Shown in pieces: positions 37,777-51,200 of a DNA stretch of 64,000 nucleotides; position 1 is the stretch's first letter, and every line of letters begins with the position of its first letter. The notes below the pieces were generated by a model, which ran no database searches, was not told the DNA's origin, and saw only the letters and a list, made by a program, of their open reading frames with translations. A program made the translations under genes and the position numbers. The stretch is from Oculina patagonica (lineage: Eukaryota). The DNA lies in the NCBI RefSeq assembly GCF_052425735.1, contig NC_135763.1, forward strand, positions 17,374,298-17,438,297, in the 5' to 3' direction.

Positions 37777-37904
37777 CTATTATGACAAAAGAAGTCATCA
37801 AATCTACATGTAGGAATATAAATGACTGCATTTAGACTAGGACTTATAATAAAAGTAATGAGAGCAGCATAGTAACCTCCAGCAAGATTATAATGTCTAA
37901 CTTG

Positions 37905-40140
37905 GGTAGTGAGTTCCTTATGGAACTCATGTCATCTGAATGCATCATATTGACCTCGTGCTAGATTATTCTGTCTTACCAATTTCGGTGGTGAGTTCCT
38001 TATGGAACTCACGTTATCTGTGGGCAGCATATTGACCTCGTGCTAAATTATTCTGTCTCACTTGGGTGGTAAGTTCCTCATGGAACGCATGTTATCTGAG
38101 GGAAGCATATTGACCTTGTGCTAAATTATTCTGTCTTAATTGGGTGGTGAGTTCCTTATGGAACCGATGTTATTTGGGGTCACCACATTGACCTCGTGCT
38201 TGATTATTCTGTTTAACCTGGGTGGTGATTTCCTTATGGATCTCATGTTATCTGAGGGCAGCATATTGATTTCGTGCTAGATTATTAAGTGTTACGTGGG
38301 TGGTAAGTTCCTTATGGAACTCGTGCTATCTGTTGCCAGCATATTGACCTAGTGCCACATTATTCCGCCTTACTTTGGTGGGGAGTACCTTATGGAACTC
38401 ATGTTATATAAGGTCAGCATTATGATATTAACCTTGTGCTAGATTATGCTGTTTTACTTGGGTGGCGAGTTCCTTATAGAACTCATGTTATCTGAGAGCA
38501 GCATATTGACTTTGTTCTAGAGTGTTCTGTTTTACTTGGGTTGTGAGGTCCTTATGGAATTCATGTTATCTAAGGGCAACCCATTGACCTCGTGCCAGAT
38601 TTTTCTGTCTTACTTGGGCAGTGAGTTCCTTACGAAACTCGTGTTATTTTAAGTCAGCCTATTGACCTCGTGCTAGATTATTAAGTCTTACTTCGTTGGT
38701 GAGTTCCTTATGGAACTCATGTTCTATGAGGTCACCATATTGACCTTCGTTCTAGATTACTAAGTCTTGCTTGGATGGCGAGTTCCTTGTGAAACGCATG
38801 TTAACTGAGCATATTGACCTCGTGCTAGATAATTAAGTCTTTCCTGGTTGGTGAGTTCCTTATGGAACTCATGTTATCTGAGGACAGCATATTGACCTCG
38901 TGCCATATTATTTAGTCTTATTTGGGGGTCACCATCTTAACCTCGTGCTAGATTACGCTGTTTTGCTTGGGCGGAAAGTTCCTTATGGAACTCATGTTAT
39001 CTGAGGGCAGCATATTGACCTTGTGCCAGATTATTCAGTCTTACTTGGAGGGTGAGTTCCTTATGCAACTCATGTTATCCGAGGGCAGCATATTGACTTT
39101 GTGCCACATTATTCCCCTTACTTTAAAGGTGAATTCCTTATGGAACTCATGTTATCTGGGGGTACCATATTGACCTCGTGCTGGGTTGATACTCATGTTA
39201 ACTGAAGGCAGCATATTGACCTTCGTTCTAGATAATTACGTCTTACTTTAAAGGTGAGTTCCTCATGGAACTCATGTTATCTGACAGCAGCATATTGACC
39301 TCCTGCTAGATTATTATGTCTTATTTGGGTAGTGAGTTCCTTACAAAACTCGTGTTCTCTGAAGTCAGCATATTAACATTAACCTCTTGCTACATTATTA
39401 TGTCTTTCTTGGTTAGTGAGTTCCTTACGGAACTCATGTTATCTGAGGTCACCATATTGACCTCGTGCTAAATTATACTGTTTTACTTGGGTGGTTAGTT
39501 CCTTATGGAACTCATGTTATCTGAGGGCAGCATATTGACTTTGTGCTAGATTATTATGTCTTACTTGCGTGGTGATTTCCTTATGGAACTTATGTTATAT
39601 GAGGGCAACATATTAACCTCCCGCTAGATTATTATGTCTTACTTGGGTAGTGATTTCCTTACGTAACTCATGTTATCTGAGATCATCATATTGACTTCGT
39701 GCTAGATTATGCTATTTAACTTGGGTAGTGAGTTCCTTACGTAACTCATGTTATCTGAGATCATCATATTGACCTGGTGCTAGATTATGCTATTTAACTT
39801 GGGTAGTGAGTTCCTTACGTAACTCATGTTATCTGAGATCATCATATTGACCTGGTGCTAGATTATGCTGTTTAACTTGGGTAGTGAGTTCCTTATGGAA
39901 CTCATGTTATGAGTGCAGCATATTGACCTTTTTTCTTATTGACCTTATTTCTACATTATTAGTCCTGACCTTCTTTCTACATTATTAGTCCAGCTTGGGT
40001 GGTGAGTTCCTTATGGAGCTCATGTTGTATTGTTATATGTCTTATATTATTGTTTTATGTTTTACGTCTTGTATGTCTTGTTATATGTCTTAGCATATTA
40101 ACTTCGTGTAAGATTATTTTGTCTTACTTGGGGGAGGTGA
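37905..40140. repeat. Satellite array of about 28 copies of an 80-bp unit (consensus about GGTGGTGAGTTCCTTATGGAACTCATGTTATCTGAGGGCAGCATATTGACCTCGTGCTAGATTATTCTGTCTTACTTG). It lies inside SLC35F6-like copy 1 intron 4 (between exons 41549-41643 and 37732-37776) and is absent from copy 2.
   Basis: Tandem periodicity is read directly. Each unit contains the hairpin GAGTTCCTTATGGAACTC (7-bp stem). Confidence 0.85.
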
Positions 40141-41548
40141 GTTCCTTATAATGAACAAAGCTTTAAAATTATTTAAAGTATTTGGATAAAGCGTTTCAAT
40201 ATGAACAAGAATTCAGCATGGACTGTTATCGCACTTAGGAGGTTTTACCTTCCTTTCACTCTTTAACTACCCTGGGTGCCAGAGGTTTTTCTTGCGCGGT
40301 TTCCGGTGTCAGTCATGTCTTTATTATTGTTGCTTCGCCACTTGTGGTGAAAAAAATCCTCTGGTACCCAGGGTACTCTGCAACTACAACATTAAAGATA
40401 TCTGCATTAAAGAGCGAGCTACCACTATTTTATGAAAAAATGCGGCAATGTTGGTTTGAGTTTAATATGCAGGAACATACAGATCCATATACAAAGAATT
40501 GATTCTATGGAATAACAAAGATATTAAAATCAATAACAAAATGATCTTCCTTCCCACTTGGTTCGATAAAGGAATTTCTACTTTAGAACACCTTCTCGAC
40601 CCAAATCTAAATTTCCTTACCTTTGAAGAATTCAAATTCCGACAACAGCTGCAAACTAATATTTTGACTTATTATGGAGTAATAAACGCTATCCCAAAAG
40701 AATATAAAAGGTCAATAAGGCAAACTGATGCACCTCAAGATTGTCTTGAACAGAGATCGCAGAACTTGAAAACTCTTAGAACTAAGGCTATTCACAAAGG
40801 TTTGTTAAGGCTTTTTTTGAAGAACCCACCGCCACCGCTATTTTCCAATACAAAATTCTGCATAATATAGTTTTTATCAAAAGCAAGCTGTTTAAAGCTA
40901 AACTCACAAGTAGCGATCTATCCCATTTATGCTTAAATACAAAACAGGATCTGAGGCATATATATGTTGTTCCAATGTCTGGCGGTCTCTGAATTCTGGA
41001 TAGCTTTTCTAGACTGGTACGAGAATCACACGTCAATGGAGCTAGAATTGTCGACCGTCAAAATCTTGTACGGTACTATTGGTAACGACAAACTCAACAA
41101 GTTAACCAATCATCTCTTGCTACTCGCCAAATACTATATATACTGCTGTAGTATCAATGAAGACCCTTTATCTAAGTGTTTATCAAACAATAGTGATGAA
41201 CAAAGCTGAAATCGAAAAATGAGTAGCAACAAGTACTAATCTACCTGAAGTCTACTATAATAAATGGAAACCTTTAATCGACAAGAAGATTGTTCATTAG
41301 CACTATTATTATTGTTGATGTATCCAGTAGCTCTTCATTGCTCTTTGTAGAATGTAACGTACCGTATAGTATTGTGTGTATAGTAAATAGTGTAAGTTCT
41401 ATGCGCGGCGAGTGTAAAATAATTTTAAAATTTAGTATTGTAACTAGTGTAAGTTCTCGCTGTATGTCTTTATGTGTTGCAATAAATAAAATGAAAAAAA
41501 TAAATGAAGTAATGTTTTCACTTCTTGACTTTTAAAGCAAGAACTGAC

Positions 41549-41643
41549 CTGTAGAGGATGGAACTTTCTTTTCTTTAAGAAGAATTCTTCTACAACCATC
41601 TGAGTGGCGCTGAAACACTGTGCAGCTAAGATTAAAACAATTC
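41549..41643 (-). CDS. SLC35F6-like copy 1 exon (IVLILAAQCFSATQMVVEEFFLKKRKFHPLQ).
   Basis: It matches human DLLIIMAQIIVAIQMVLEEKFVYKHNVHPLR. The acceptor is ttttgtgtccag| and the donor is cag|gtcagt. Confidence 0.65.
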
Positions 41644-41954
41644 CTGGACACAAAATAACGCGGAAAAGGATCCATGGTTAAAAGTAATAAAAAAAGTTAT
41701 TGATCTGTTGCACGTAGATGAAAAAAAAGATATATATTATATTAATGTAATTAGTTACTGACAATAAAATAAAAAAAAAATATGTTTTCTTTGCTACGCT
41801 TTTTATAATGGTGCATTAAAAAAGGGTGTGTCAGGGCAAACTTTCACTGCGTGTGTAGTGTAGGTGGACGCCTCGTATCGTCCTTGCAAAATGCTGCATA
41901 TAATAATCAAATTATTAACCATTCCATTTATAATAATGAAGGAAAACACATGTC

Positions 41955-42095
41955 AGTCAGTCAGTCAGTCAGTCAGTCAGTCAGTCAGTCGGTCGGTTGG
42001 TTGGTCGGTTAGTCAGTCAGTCAGTCAGTCAGTCAGTCAGTCAGTCAGTCAGTCAGTCAGTCAGTCAGTCAGTCAGTCAGTCAGTCAGTCTACAT
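41955..42095. repeat. (GTCA)n microsatellite of about 33 units with a few GGTC/GGTT variants.
   Basis: Read directly. Confidence 0.9.
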
Positions 42096-42167
42096 TTGTT
42101 GATTTTAGCAAAATGCAAAAACTAAAGAAATCTTCTTCTGTTAATGTTGCTGTGTGTAATTGTTTAC

Positions 42168-42246
42168 CTAATACCACCTGCCCTTTAGTGGCTCCCTGGT
42201 GATTGTCTCTGAGAACACTTGATAATCCAACAAGCACTAAACCTAA
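42168..42246 (-). CDS. SLC35F6-like copy 1 exon (LGLVLVGLSSVLRDNHQGATKGQVVL).
   Basis: It matches human IAGLVVVGLADLLSKHDSQHKLSEVITG. The acceptor is ttcgcag| and the donor is tta g|gtaaac. Confidence 0.6.
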
Positions 42247-42872
42247 CTGCGAATTATAACAGATAACTTAAGTTACAAAGTAACATTTTTTATGTTCATT
42301 TGTCGACTTTAGCAAAATGCAAAACTAACGAAAACCTTTTCTATTAATATTAAAATAGCTGTACTATTGAAGTTAAAATTAAAAATTCTATTAACAAACA
42401 ACAATTCGTATTGAATACTGTGTTTAAGCTCTAGGAATTCTGGTAAAAGGAAATTTGTTGTCTTAAGCCCCACTGATGTTACTTCATATTCAACCTTTCG
42501 AATTCTGATCAGCATTCAATAAATTACAATTTTGTCTGCTCAGACTGAAAAGAAGGGCACTTCTTTTGTTTTCATTCAGTTATACAAATTAAACTGAAGC
42601 ATTTGTCCCTCCAATCGCTCTTCGACCGTATTAGCCTGCGTTGCAGACGAAATAAAACCCTGGTAAAGTCATTACCAGGGTTAACTTAGTCTGCAACGCA
42701 GGTTACGGCCGTTCCAGTTGTTGTTGTGCCAGTTGTTGTTGTGTATTGACAGCTGAATTTTTGCAAGCTATGATGGCAGCTGCTTACAATCTGAAAAATC
42801 AAAATCGTAATTAAAAAACAACAACAACAACAACAACAGCAGCAACAGGGTCATGAGAAGATTCAACCTTAC

Positions 42873-42932
42873 CATAGAAACAGTCATGCCAATCCAGTGA
42901 ATTGGCCAAAGCTTTCTCTTGAAAAATATTTT
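42873..42932 (-). CDS. SLC35F6-like copy 1 exon (KIFFKRKLWPIHWIGMTVSM).
   Basis: It matches human VAFLGRRLVLSQWLGILATI. The acceptor is ttctttag| and the donor is atg|gtaagg. Confidence 0.6.
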
Positions 42933-43177
42933 CTAAAGAATAAAAGGAATACTGGATTAAAAACTGAACGTTTGCAACTTAAGTAATTAAGTATAAATAA
43001 ATGTGACTGAATGTAATTTAGCCTAAGTTAAAATCGAGCCAATGTTGGTCAGCGGCAATCGTGGGACCATGCACTGCTACCTGACATACAGGGTTTCAAG
43101 AAAAACTGAACTGAGTGTTTGTTTCTCAGTCAACGGCAACAACAACAAAAACGTTTGATAAACAAATTTATACTCAC

Positions 43178-43257
43178 AGAAAGCACACCAGTAAAAATAA
43201 TCATTGAACCTCCCAACATCTGCCATACAGAGGCATTGACATAAAGCAGGGCAATTC
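43178..43257 (-). CDS. SLC35F6-like copy 1 exon (IALLYVNASVWQMLGGSMIIFTGVLS).
   Basis: It matches human SLMYVALNMTSASSFQMLRGAVIIFTGLFS. The acceptor is tttttatcag| and the donor is tct|gtgagt. Confidence 0.65.
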
Positions 43258-43561
43258 CTGATAAAAATAAGAGAATGGCAAAGAAAGTTTCGTATAAAGT
43301 AAAATTCTCTACATGTACATCATGATCATATTATGTATATTAACACACAACAGAATTTTGATTGGTCGAACCTCCAAGGTAAACAAATTTTGGTTCGAGA
43401 AATCGGGGAGTACAAGAAATCGGGGGTAAAATTACAATATTCGACTGATGGTAGGGAGAGCACTTATGGTTGAAGTTTTTTGGCGAATTCAAGGAAACGG
43501 GATTCCACGGAAAATGTACATAGCACTATTAGATGAGAATCTGTGAAAAAATCTGAAGCAC

Positions 43562-43603
43562 CTGTGATATAAGACCACCCTGTAAAAAAGATTTGGGCTA
43601 AAC
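43562..43603 (-). CDS. Tentative SLC35F6-like copy 1 exon of 42 nt (LAQIFFTGWSYIT).
   Basis: The acceptor is ttttctcag| and the donor is aca g|gtgctt. The phases fit both neighbours and there is weak homology to human LAAFYLL...MTG. This is uncertain. Confidence 0.3.
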
Positions 43604-44824
43604 CTGAGAAAAATGAGTTTGTTTTTTCACGTTTTTTTCTTAACAGGTTTTGACACTGTACATTAGGGTTCAAATTTGCTTACAGGATGTGTTTGCAGGC
43701 GACGTCCCATTGGAAGTTTACTCGGCGAGAGGCCATTCTGAAGACAGAAGAGCACTAAGGATATCTTTATTATTTATGAGCATAAACTTTGCTGCATGGA
43801 TTGCTCGTTCGAAGTCGCCATTTGCTTCAGGGTATCTTGGCGAACTTGTGATGTGCAGAAAGCCACATAAGGTTGCAAACTGTAGAAGGATTCTGCACTG
43901 TCGTAAGGGCCTTTGTCAGACGTTATTACGTTCAAAATGCTGTGGATCGCAAAAAGTTCCTTGAGTGCTTGTATAACACTTCTGGATTTTTCGTCACAGA
44001 GTTCCCTTATTTCAAACCACCTGAAGTTGTAGTCCACATTGATGAGCTACACTTTCCCTTTTAACTTGAGCAGGTCAGTTGCAATTCTTTTCCATGGACG
44101 GGATGAAAAGGAGGCTAACATAAGTAGTTCTAAGGGCACTGTTTGATCTTAGGCACAAGCGACGCATTTGGAAGCAAGGTCTTCTATTTTCTTTGAAAGT
44201 CCAGGCCACCAGACTGATGTGCGAGCACTCAATCAGCCCATAATGATTTCCAGCTGACCCGTGTGAATCAGGCAAGGATCTGTAGGTCTCGTACTCCTTG
44301 GGATGACTATGTGGTCATCACACGGGAGTTAATCATTTACTATGGTGAGGTGGCCTCTGCTTTCCAAGTATGGGCGGATGAGGGGCTGATGAGGCATGCA
44401 GTAAGCTCTCACTTAAGTGCATTCTTCATCAACGTCCTGTGCCTGTTACGTTGCATTTCTTGCAGTCTATTAGCTGTGACAGGACGCCTAGTTGTTGTCT
44501 GAGTTGTAAAGGCTTCAACTTCTTCTGCAAACACCTCACCTTTTTGCACAGGTAAGCCAACAGGTGTGCGAGAGTGCATCCTGGGTATGTGCTGAATTTA
44601 AAGATGTATCTCATAAGTCCCAGGCGAAACTGCAAGGTGCAGGGTGGTGGGGGCGGGGGCATCTTAGAGAGCTCTGTCGACTCCAGGATTGCAGTAAAGT
44701 GGCTTATAATCTGTCTCAAGGACAAAGGGTATTACAAGCAGATAGTCAGAAAACTGGCCCATGTGACTGCAAGAACTTCTGTCACGATGCCTGCATAACG
44801 TTTCTCTGTGTCCATCCATAGCAG

Positions 44825-45000
44825 ATCAAGTGGCGTTCCCTATTCTCTTGGACTTGAAGTAGCACTGCTTCTGAGCGGTCCGGGTTTGAGCCCTGGCCAG
44901 GGTACAGCAGAAAGTGTTTGAACTCAACCAAGATGGTGACTCCTTTATTGCACATGGTCCCAGCATGCATTGGAACACGGCATGTGACAATCCTATACCA
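44825..45000 (-). mobile_element. Fragment of a tRNA-derived SINE (GGGCTCAAACCCGGACC...).
   Basis: It matches the tRNA-like head of 46855-47045 in reverse orientation. Confidence 0.35.
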
Positions 45001-45209
45001 GGGAACCACACTGTTATCAGAGCAATTAAACTATGGCTGGTATATAGGGAAATGTCTTTTTTATTGTCTCAAAGTTGATGTTCACTCGGTAACTATTGCT
45101 TTCCACTAGTACTGATCCTGTCCACACACTGCACACTGTATAGCATTCAGCCCATATTTAATGTCATCCTGTATTATACATGTGCATTTTGTAAACATTT
45201 TCCCCTCAC

Positions 45210-45271
45210 CTCCTAGCGTATTTCCAAACAGATCACAAACAGTGGGAAAAGCAATGATCCACTGGAACATC
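45210..45271 (-). CDS. Tentative SLC35F6-like copy 1 exon (MFQWIIAFPTVCDLFGNTLG).
   Basis: The acceptor is tttcatcttcag| and the donor is gga g|gtgagg, phase-compatible with 43603. There is weak homology to human SFQHPFLQAVGMFLGEF. The first coding exon was not located. Confidence 0.3.
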
Positions 45272-46854
45272 CTGAAGATGAAATACATTAATGTACATTT
45301 ACCGATGTAATGTAGCAAGCTTTTATAAAATGGTGTCCAATCTGTGTTTTCAATAATCTGACAGCTCAGATAAAGGTCAGTTTTGCACATTTGTTGTTAG
45401 GGTGGCAATGTCATGGGATGAAAAGTCTGATCCTTTCTGCCCAAGTGAGCCTAGGCACTTCTGGCATCAACTGTAGTGGGGGGGGGGGGGGGAGGTATTT
45501 TGCCTTTGTTGACTAGACAGTTAGAAGTACTTTTTGGGTGGGGCTAAATTTCACATGTGGATTTGGAAATGTAACATATGCTGCAAAAAATTGATTGCTA
45601 CAATGTTATTGTTCCAGAGAATATCCATTCCATTTCGAATGACCTTTGGTTCGGTATGGATATTTTCTACAACCACACAATTCTCTAGCATAAAACATTC
45701 AAAAGAGGCAGTTGTCATTCTTAAACACACTGACTGCATGTCTGTTTCCTTGTCAATTAGTTGCAGCCACCGCCCTTGCACAGCACATACACGTCTCATC
45801 TTAGTGTTAATCAAATTCTCTGCATTCAGGCTTAATTGAGGCCAGACACTGAGCACTATAACTGTGCAGACATATATATGTATATACATAGTAATCACTT
45901 TTCATACAAGTGCTCCATTGATCTCTACACCTCCCTCATTAATGCTACTTTACATGGCATACCTTGGTTGTTGACTTATTTCTGCTAATGTTTCACCTCC
46001 ATTACTTTCATCACTAATGGCACTTATTAACTTCTGGTTTTAGAAAAAAAAATTATACTACTAAGAAAAAAATGCTAATTAATTATATTAAGCCAACAAA
46101 CATTTTTCTCCCTTAATTCCACAAACATACAATTGCAAGCTCAAACCTGTCTGAATTTCTGTCTTTCTCTTCTTTGGTGAAAACAAAAGCCAATCAAACA
46201 CGTTGCTTCCCCTGATGAAAAAAAAAAAAATATTATTAAAATTACTAGTTATACACATTTATTTACAATAAGTTACATTTATTGTTTCTTAAATGTCATC
46301 TAAAAACTAAAAATATGTCCAATAAACAGGCATCATATCATATCCTATTTATTAAAGCCTCAAGGTATAGATGTACAGCATATGATCTACAAAGTGGTCA
46401 AACCACATTATTTTAAATAATCTAAGAAAAGGATCAAATCAGTTCCCAAATCTGCATTTACTTTCTCAGAAAACCTGGCCACCATAAGAAAATAATGTGG
46501 CTTTATGGAATTTATGCTAACAGTCATGCATGCTTTCCATGGTGGTCATACACAAAAGAGGTGCTAGAACAGGGGGCTTAATTCAAGTGATTTATGTTCT
46601 AGTCATATGTGGCTAGTGCTGTTTCTTGGGTTCGTTTTTGCTATCGATATCATTCATTTCTTCTCATTCTTCTTCTTACTTAGGTAATAAGCATTCAGGT
46701 TGGTTTAAGACTAAAGGGTCATTCTGTATTGTGTTCACTGATGTGTTGACCCTTTCGCCTCGTTCGCATACCTTTTCAACAGAAGAATATATTATTGCTG
46801 GCTCAACTGCAATAACAGCTATTAGTGGCATTTTAAGTTACTTACAAGTTAACG

Positions 46855-47045
46855 GGAGGTGCGGTGGCCTAATGGTTAGTGTACTGGACTCTGGATCGAA
46901 TGGTCCTGGTTTCGAGCCCTGGCTGGGGTCACTACATCTGATTGTGTTCTTGGGCAGGACACTTTACTCTCATAGTACCTTTCTCCACCCAGGTGTGTGA
47001 AATGGGTACTGGTGAATAAATGCTGGGCACAGACTACAATTACCT
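46855..47045 (+). mobile_element. tRNA-derived SINE-like element (GGTGGCCTAATGGTTAGTGTACTGGACTCTGGATCGAATGGTCCTGGTTTCGAGCCCTGGCTGGGGTCA..., core ...CCACCCAGGTGTGTGAAATGGGTACTGGTGAATAAATGCTGGG).
   Basis: It has a tRNA-like A/B-box-bearing head (TGGTTAG, GGTTTCGAGCCC) followed by a conserved core. A second partial copy lies at 44825-45000. Confidence 0.4.
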
Positions 47046-47363
47046 CAACATAGACTAATTCCCTTTAACAAGTTAATGGTAAGTTTGAATTAACTATTGT
47101 CTACTAATTAATTATAGTTTTTACACATATTAATATTTTTACCTTACCAATAAACATAAGGCCAGTTTGAAACCAGGGGTGGTCAAATTTGTGCACTTCA
47201 TTGCCATGTTCATCTTTTAGTCCTTTGGCTCTAAACAAATTAAAACACTACCTTATAAAATTTCGAAGAACACCCAGCTATTATCATAATAGTTTAAAAT
47301 TTAAGAGTGTAATTGTAACTACCTTTCCTTATGGTGATTTTATTATTGAAGGGTATCACATTC

Positions 47364-48297
47364 CAGTGGCGTAGCCAGGGGAGGGTTCCAGGGGTTCCGG
47401 AACCCCCCTTCGGGATATCGCAATAGCTAATTCAAGAGAAAAAATATTATTAGAACCCCCCTTTAATTCCGCCAGATTAGAAAAATGAAATTTTCAAGAA
47501 AATAAAATGAAATCTATAAATTATCACCTTGTGTTTACAATTACAAAATTTCGTGTACACAAGCCTGCGTTGTACGTGGGATCCAGCGCTTTTGGTTGCC
47601 TCGTTTTCAAATCTGCACACAACAGGCACATGGTCGGCTGACGCCACTCTGTTGTCAGATCAAAGGTCACGGCGGGAAAGTCGAAAGAAGCGAAGATTCG
47701 ATTCAATATGCAGCGTTCTATAACAGGATTTTTCACTAGTAAAAGGTAATGTGACAGTGATTTTTATCCAAATGTGAACAAGTTGCTGCACATCTTGTGT
47801 ACGTTGCCAATTACTTCTGCAGAATGTGAGCGATCGTTCAGCACATTGCGCAGACTAAAGACATACCTGCGGGCTACAATGACCAGCGAGCGAGAGTCAG
47901 GACTTGCTCTTATGAACATACATTACAACAGACAAATTGACATTAGTGCAACAGTCGACATTTTTGCACGGAAGCATCCACGGCGCCTACTTCTGGCTGA
48001 TATACTAGCTGACTAGTGAGTGACAGTACGCCGGGAGTGAATGGTACGCCAGAAAAATTACCTGGTACGCGGGATTTTGAGCTTCCCTTCTAAGAAATAC
48101 TAGCTTCAATTGACGCTAAAATTGCTAAAAAATTTATGCTTAGAATCAAGGAGATGCCATTTCTGGGGACCACAAATTTCAAAATTTCCCGGGGGAGCAT
48201 GCCCTAGAGGAGGAGCGCCTACGGCGCTCAGTTTTACCATAACAATTACAATTCACATTTGGAACCCCCCTATACAAAAATCCTGGCTACGCCCCTG
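47364..48297. mobile_element. Internally deleted hAT-superfamily element of about 0.93 kb. Its TIRs are CAGTGGCGTAGCCAGG and CAGGGGCGTAGCCAGG (revcomp). It retains an ORF for the hAT C-terminal dimerisation domain (47774-48016, ...SAECERSFSTLRRLKTYLRATMTSERESGLALMNIH...).
   Basis: The inverted termini are read directly. The ORF matches the characteristic hAT family dimerisation motif (E-C-E-R-x-F-S...LKTxLR). Confidence 0.5.
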
Positions 48298-51200
48298 CAT
48301 TCTGTACTTTCTTGGTAATAAATATAATTTATTGCTGCAAAAAATATTTTAACTGGTCACCATAGTGCAACTGCCTGATCGACATCCGGCTGAGCACTCC
48401 TAAGCACTCCATTGTTACCTAACTGTAACAATGTTCAGGGTTGTCAGAAAGTTGTGAAGGCGATTTTACTGTTGAAGTAGGTGGCTGATTTTGTCATCTT
48501 TTAATGAAGAATGAGCAGAAATTTCAGCAAAAAAGTCAGCCAGATACATGAAGTTACGGGTAAGTATGGGTAGTGATTATTGTCCACCGCTGGCTATTTG
48601 TGACAACCCTGTATGCCGACAGAGACAAATGCATGGCCTTTTGCCCCAATGGTATTGAAGACCGAAATCTTTCTGTATACGTTTGGTTCAAAACTTAGCA
48701 TTTCTGGTACATGTCTTGCACCTATCAATGATAAGCTGGAGGAGGTGGGGAGGCTGGGCATAGGAGCAGCATTTGAAGTTAGCTGAGATTTTCTGTTCAA
48801 ATGCCCCACCAAAGTGCTTTTGTGGATGGTCAAAAAGTCACTACACGTCAATAGTGTTTGAAAGTCCACTAAAGTGGTCAAAAGTCCTCAATAAGGGCAG
48901 ACAACTGATGCCAAATCCCCTGCCTTTGCCCAGCCAGCACATATATCCCATATGAAGACCACAAAGGTATACATACACTAATAAAGTGAGACTTGGGTTG
49001 AAGTACAGTATACATTATGAAGAGCCCTTGAAAATCAAAAGTTCAATTGTGTTTGAGTGATAATATTTCGGGTAGACATGCCTTTGCCTTTTTGAAGACT
49101 CTTTGAACAGAGCACAAGAATTGCCACAAGTGCGTGACCGGCTAGTACGTGCTATTCCTACACACCTTGTTTTGATTAGTCTCCGAATTGGTCACGCAAA
49201 TAAGGGTCACGCTTGCTTGCCAGTATATTGGACCACTTATAGATCGATTACAAATCACGAACTTTCATTTCTTGGCTACAAACTATTGGATGTTATTCCA
49301 ACAAGCCACCTGGATTTAAATTTAACTTATTGCAACGGTGTACTGAAAAATCCCAATCACTATTAAATTCTAAAGCTTTGTATTTTGTGATTACGGTACC
49401 CTTAACGTTCGAAAACCAAACACGCAATCTCAAACCAAGACTTTACACACACCATGCCAATAAAACACTTACGAGCAGTCATTCTGCGCTTTCTTCGATA
49501 ACGTTTCCAAAGATCCTGAAATAAGCATTCCTAGAGCCAACAAAATCTGACTGCAAGTCAGAGCGGCCATCTTGACTCTTTGAGTTGTGACAGAGATCTG
49601 GGTACTAGGAGACGGAGTTGGACGTCACGAGGGAGGGGATGGCAGGGAAAAGTTTCGTTTTGGGACAGCTTTCAACTCCACAAACAAACAAACGACCAAA
49701 TACACCTATTCAAAAAACAAACTCCCATTACAGAGTGTATTGCTTTTCCGATAAAATTTGTTGTTGTGGTGGCTGTTGTTGTCGTTGTGGAGCTTGTTCA
49801 GTCATTTGTTCCGTTTTTGTTTTTTAGGGGGAATTTAAATACATAGGAAGAGAATTTAACCATGGACATTGCCTCAGTCATATTTTGTTTTTGTGCAGCG
49901 AGTGACCCAGCGTCCTACTACATCATGCCGTGTTACCATGGTTACTCGAAATAAAACTACGGGGCTGACAAGTCGTAAATGCAAAATTGGGAGCCCTTTG
50001 ATGATCAGAATGAGATTATCTTTCACTAAAAATGATTGCTGGATTTTATTAATCGGGCGGGGCCTGGGCCCGATTCATAATCTGTGTCAGATTTTGTCGT
50101 TTTTTTTTTTTTTTGTCGGTAAATCGTTCCAGAACCTCGCGGTCCAGCCGATCCCTTGGTCACGGTCACGCAAGTTTTCATTACTTGCGAAATATCACGT
50201 TCAAATCGTACAAGTTTTAATGTTTACTCCCTGGAAGCTGTGTTACAAAATCATTCCCGTCTAATTTTACGAGTACTCTATGCTCTGTTAAACGCAAAAT
50301 ATACATAATATTTTTGTGTCCGGCATTTAAGTCTTGACTTGGAGCGAGTACTGGAGATTCGCATTGCAAAATATTGCTTTCTTTGCCATGTCCAAACTAT
50401 TATTGTGAACGCAATACCAATTAATAAATTCCACGGCTCAGACACGCACAATTTTTACGGCTTCAAAACTTTCGAAATTCAAATACTTTTCGAAACATTT
50501 CTTGGTCTTATCTTGAAAAAAAAAAAAATCAATCTGAAACATCTTTTTGGAGATTCTTACGTTTGTCTCAGAGCGAGTACAAAATATTTAAATTGCGAAA
50601 GCTATTTCCGTAGTAAACACGTACTACGTCATTCACGTAATTTGTCTTCGCCGGAAACTGCAAGCTTCACTGCTTTCTGCAGTGCACTTTTTTCAGCCAG
50701 ACTCCACTTTAAAGAAATTTTATTGAGGAAGAACTATTTTATTGAAGCGTTTGGCTCAGAGCGAAAACAAAACGTCGTATTACGTACCCGGAATGTACTG
50801 AATACCGCAAAATAACGCAGTTTGACATGTACAAGTCGTGCAAGCTAAATAAAGAACCATTACGTCATGACAGATTCAAAAACCCCAGTGTGCTGTGATG
50901 CAATAGCATTGTTGATGTCTTCGTTCGCTGTGCTAGTGGGGAGTTTATGAGGAGTTGCTTTGAGCTTTTAATCTACAGCAGGGTTTATTTTTTTGACATT
51001 CGGAACAAAACAAATATTTGCATGCGAAGGCAGGCATTTTTCCGGCTAGGCATGTGGTTTTAAAAAGCAAATAGTTTTAAAAAGCAAAACTGACGTGTGA
51101 AGGAAATGCATGTCACGTTCACTCCGTGACTAACGCAAACACGACTTGTGTGTTTCTCAAGTGACTGCTTTTCTAAAGATTTTACTGTGCGGCGAAAGAG

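Noticed and set aside
41864-42202. 112-aa ORF containing (SQSV)n
   Set aside because: It is a translation of the (GTCA)n microsatellite.
43464-43673. Whole 69-aa ORF (MNPNVQ...) as a first exon of the SLC35F6-like gene
   Set aside because: There is no match to the SLC35F6 N-terminus (TM1). Only the 42-nt segment with proper acceptor and donor fits the phase and homology. The true 5' exon was not found.
46626-47000. 124-aa + ORF (…GGLMVSVLDSGSNGPGFEPWLG…)
   Set aside because: It is a read-through translation of a tRNA-derived SINE. A second copy of the same sequence lies at 44825-45000 in the opposite orientation.
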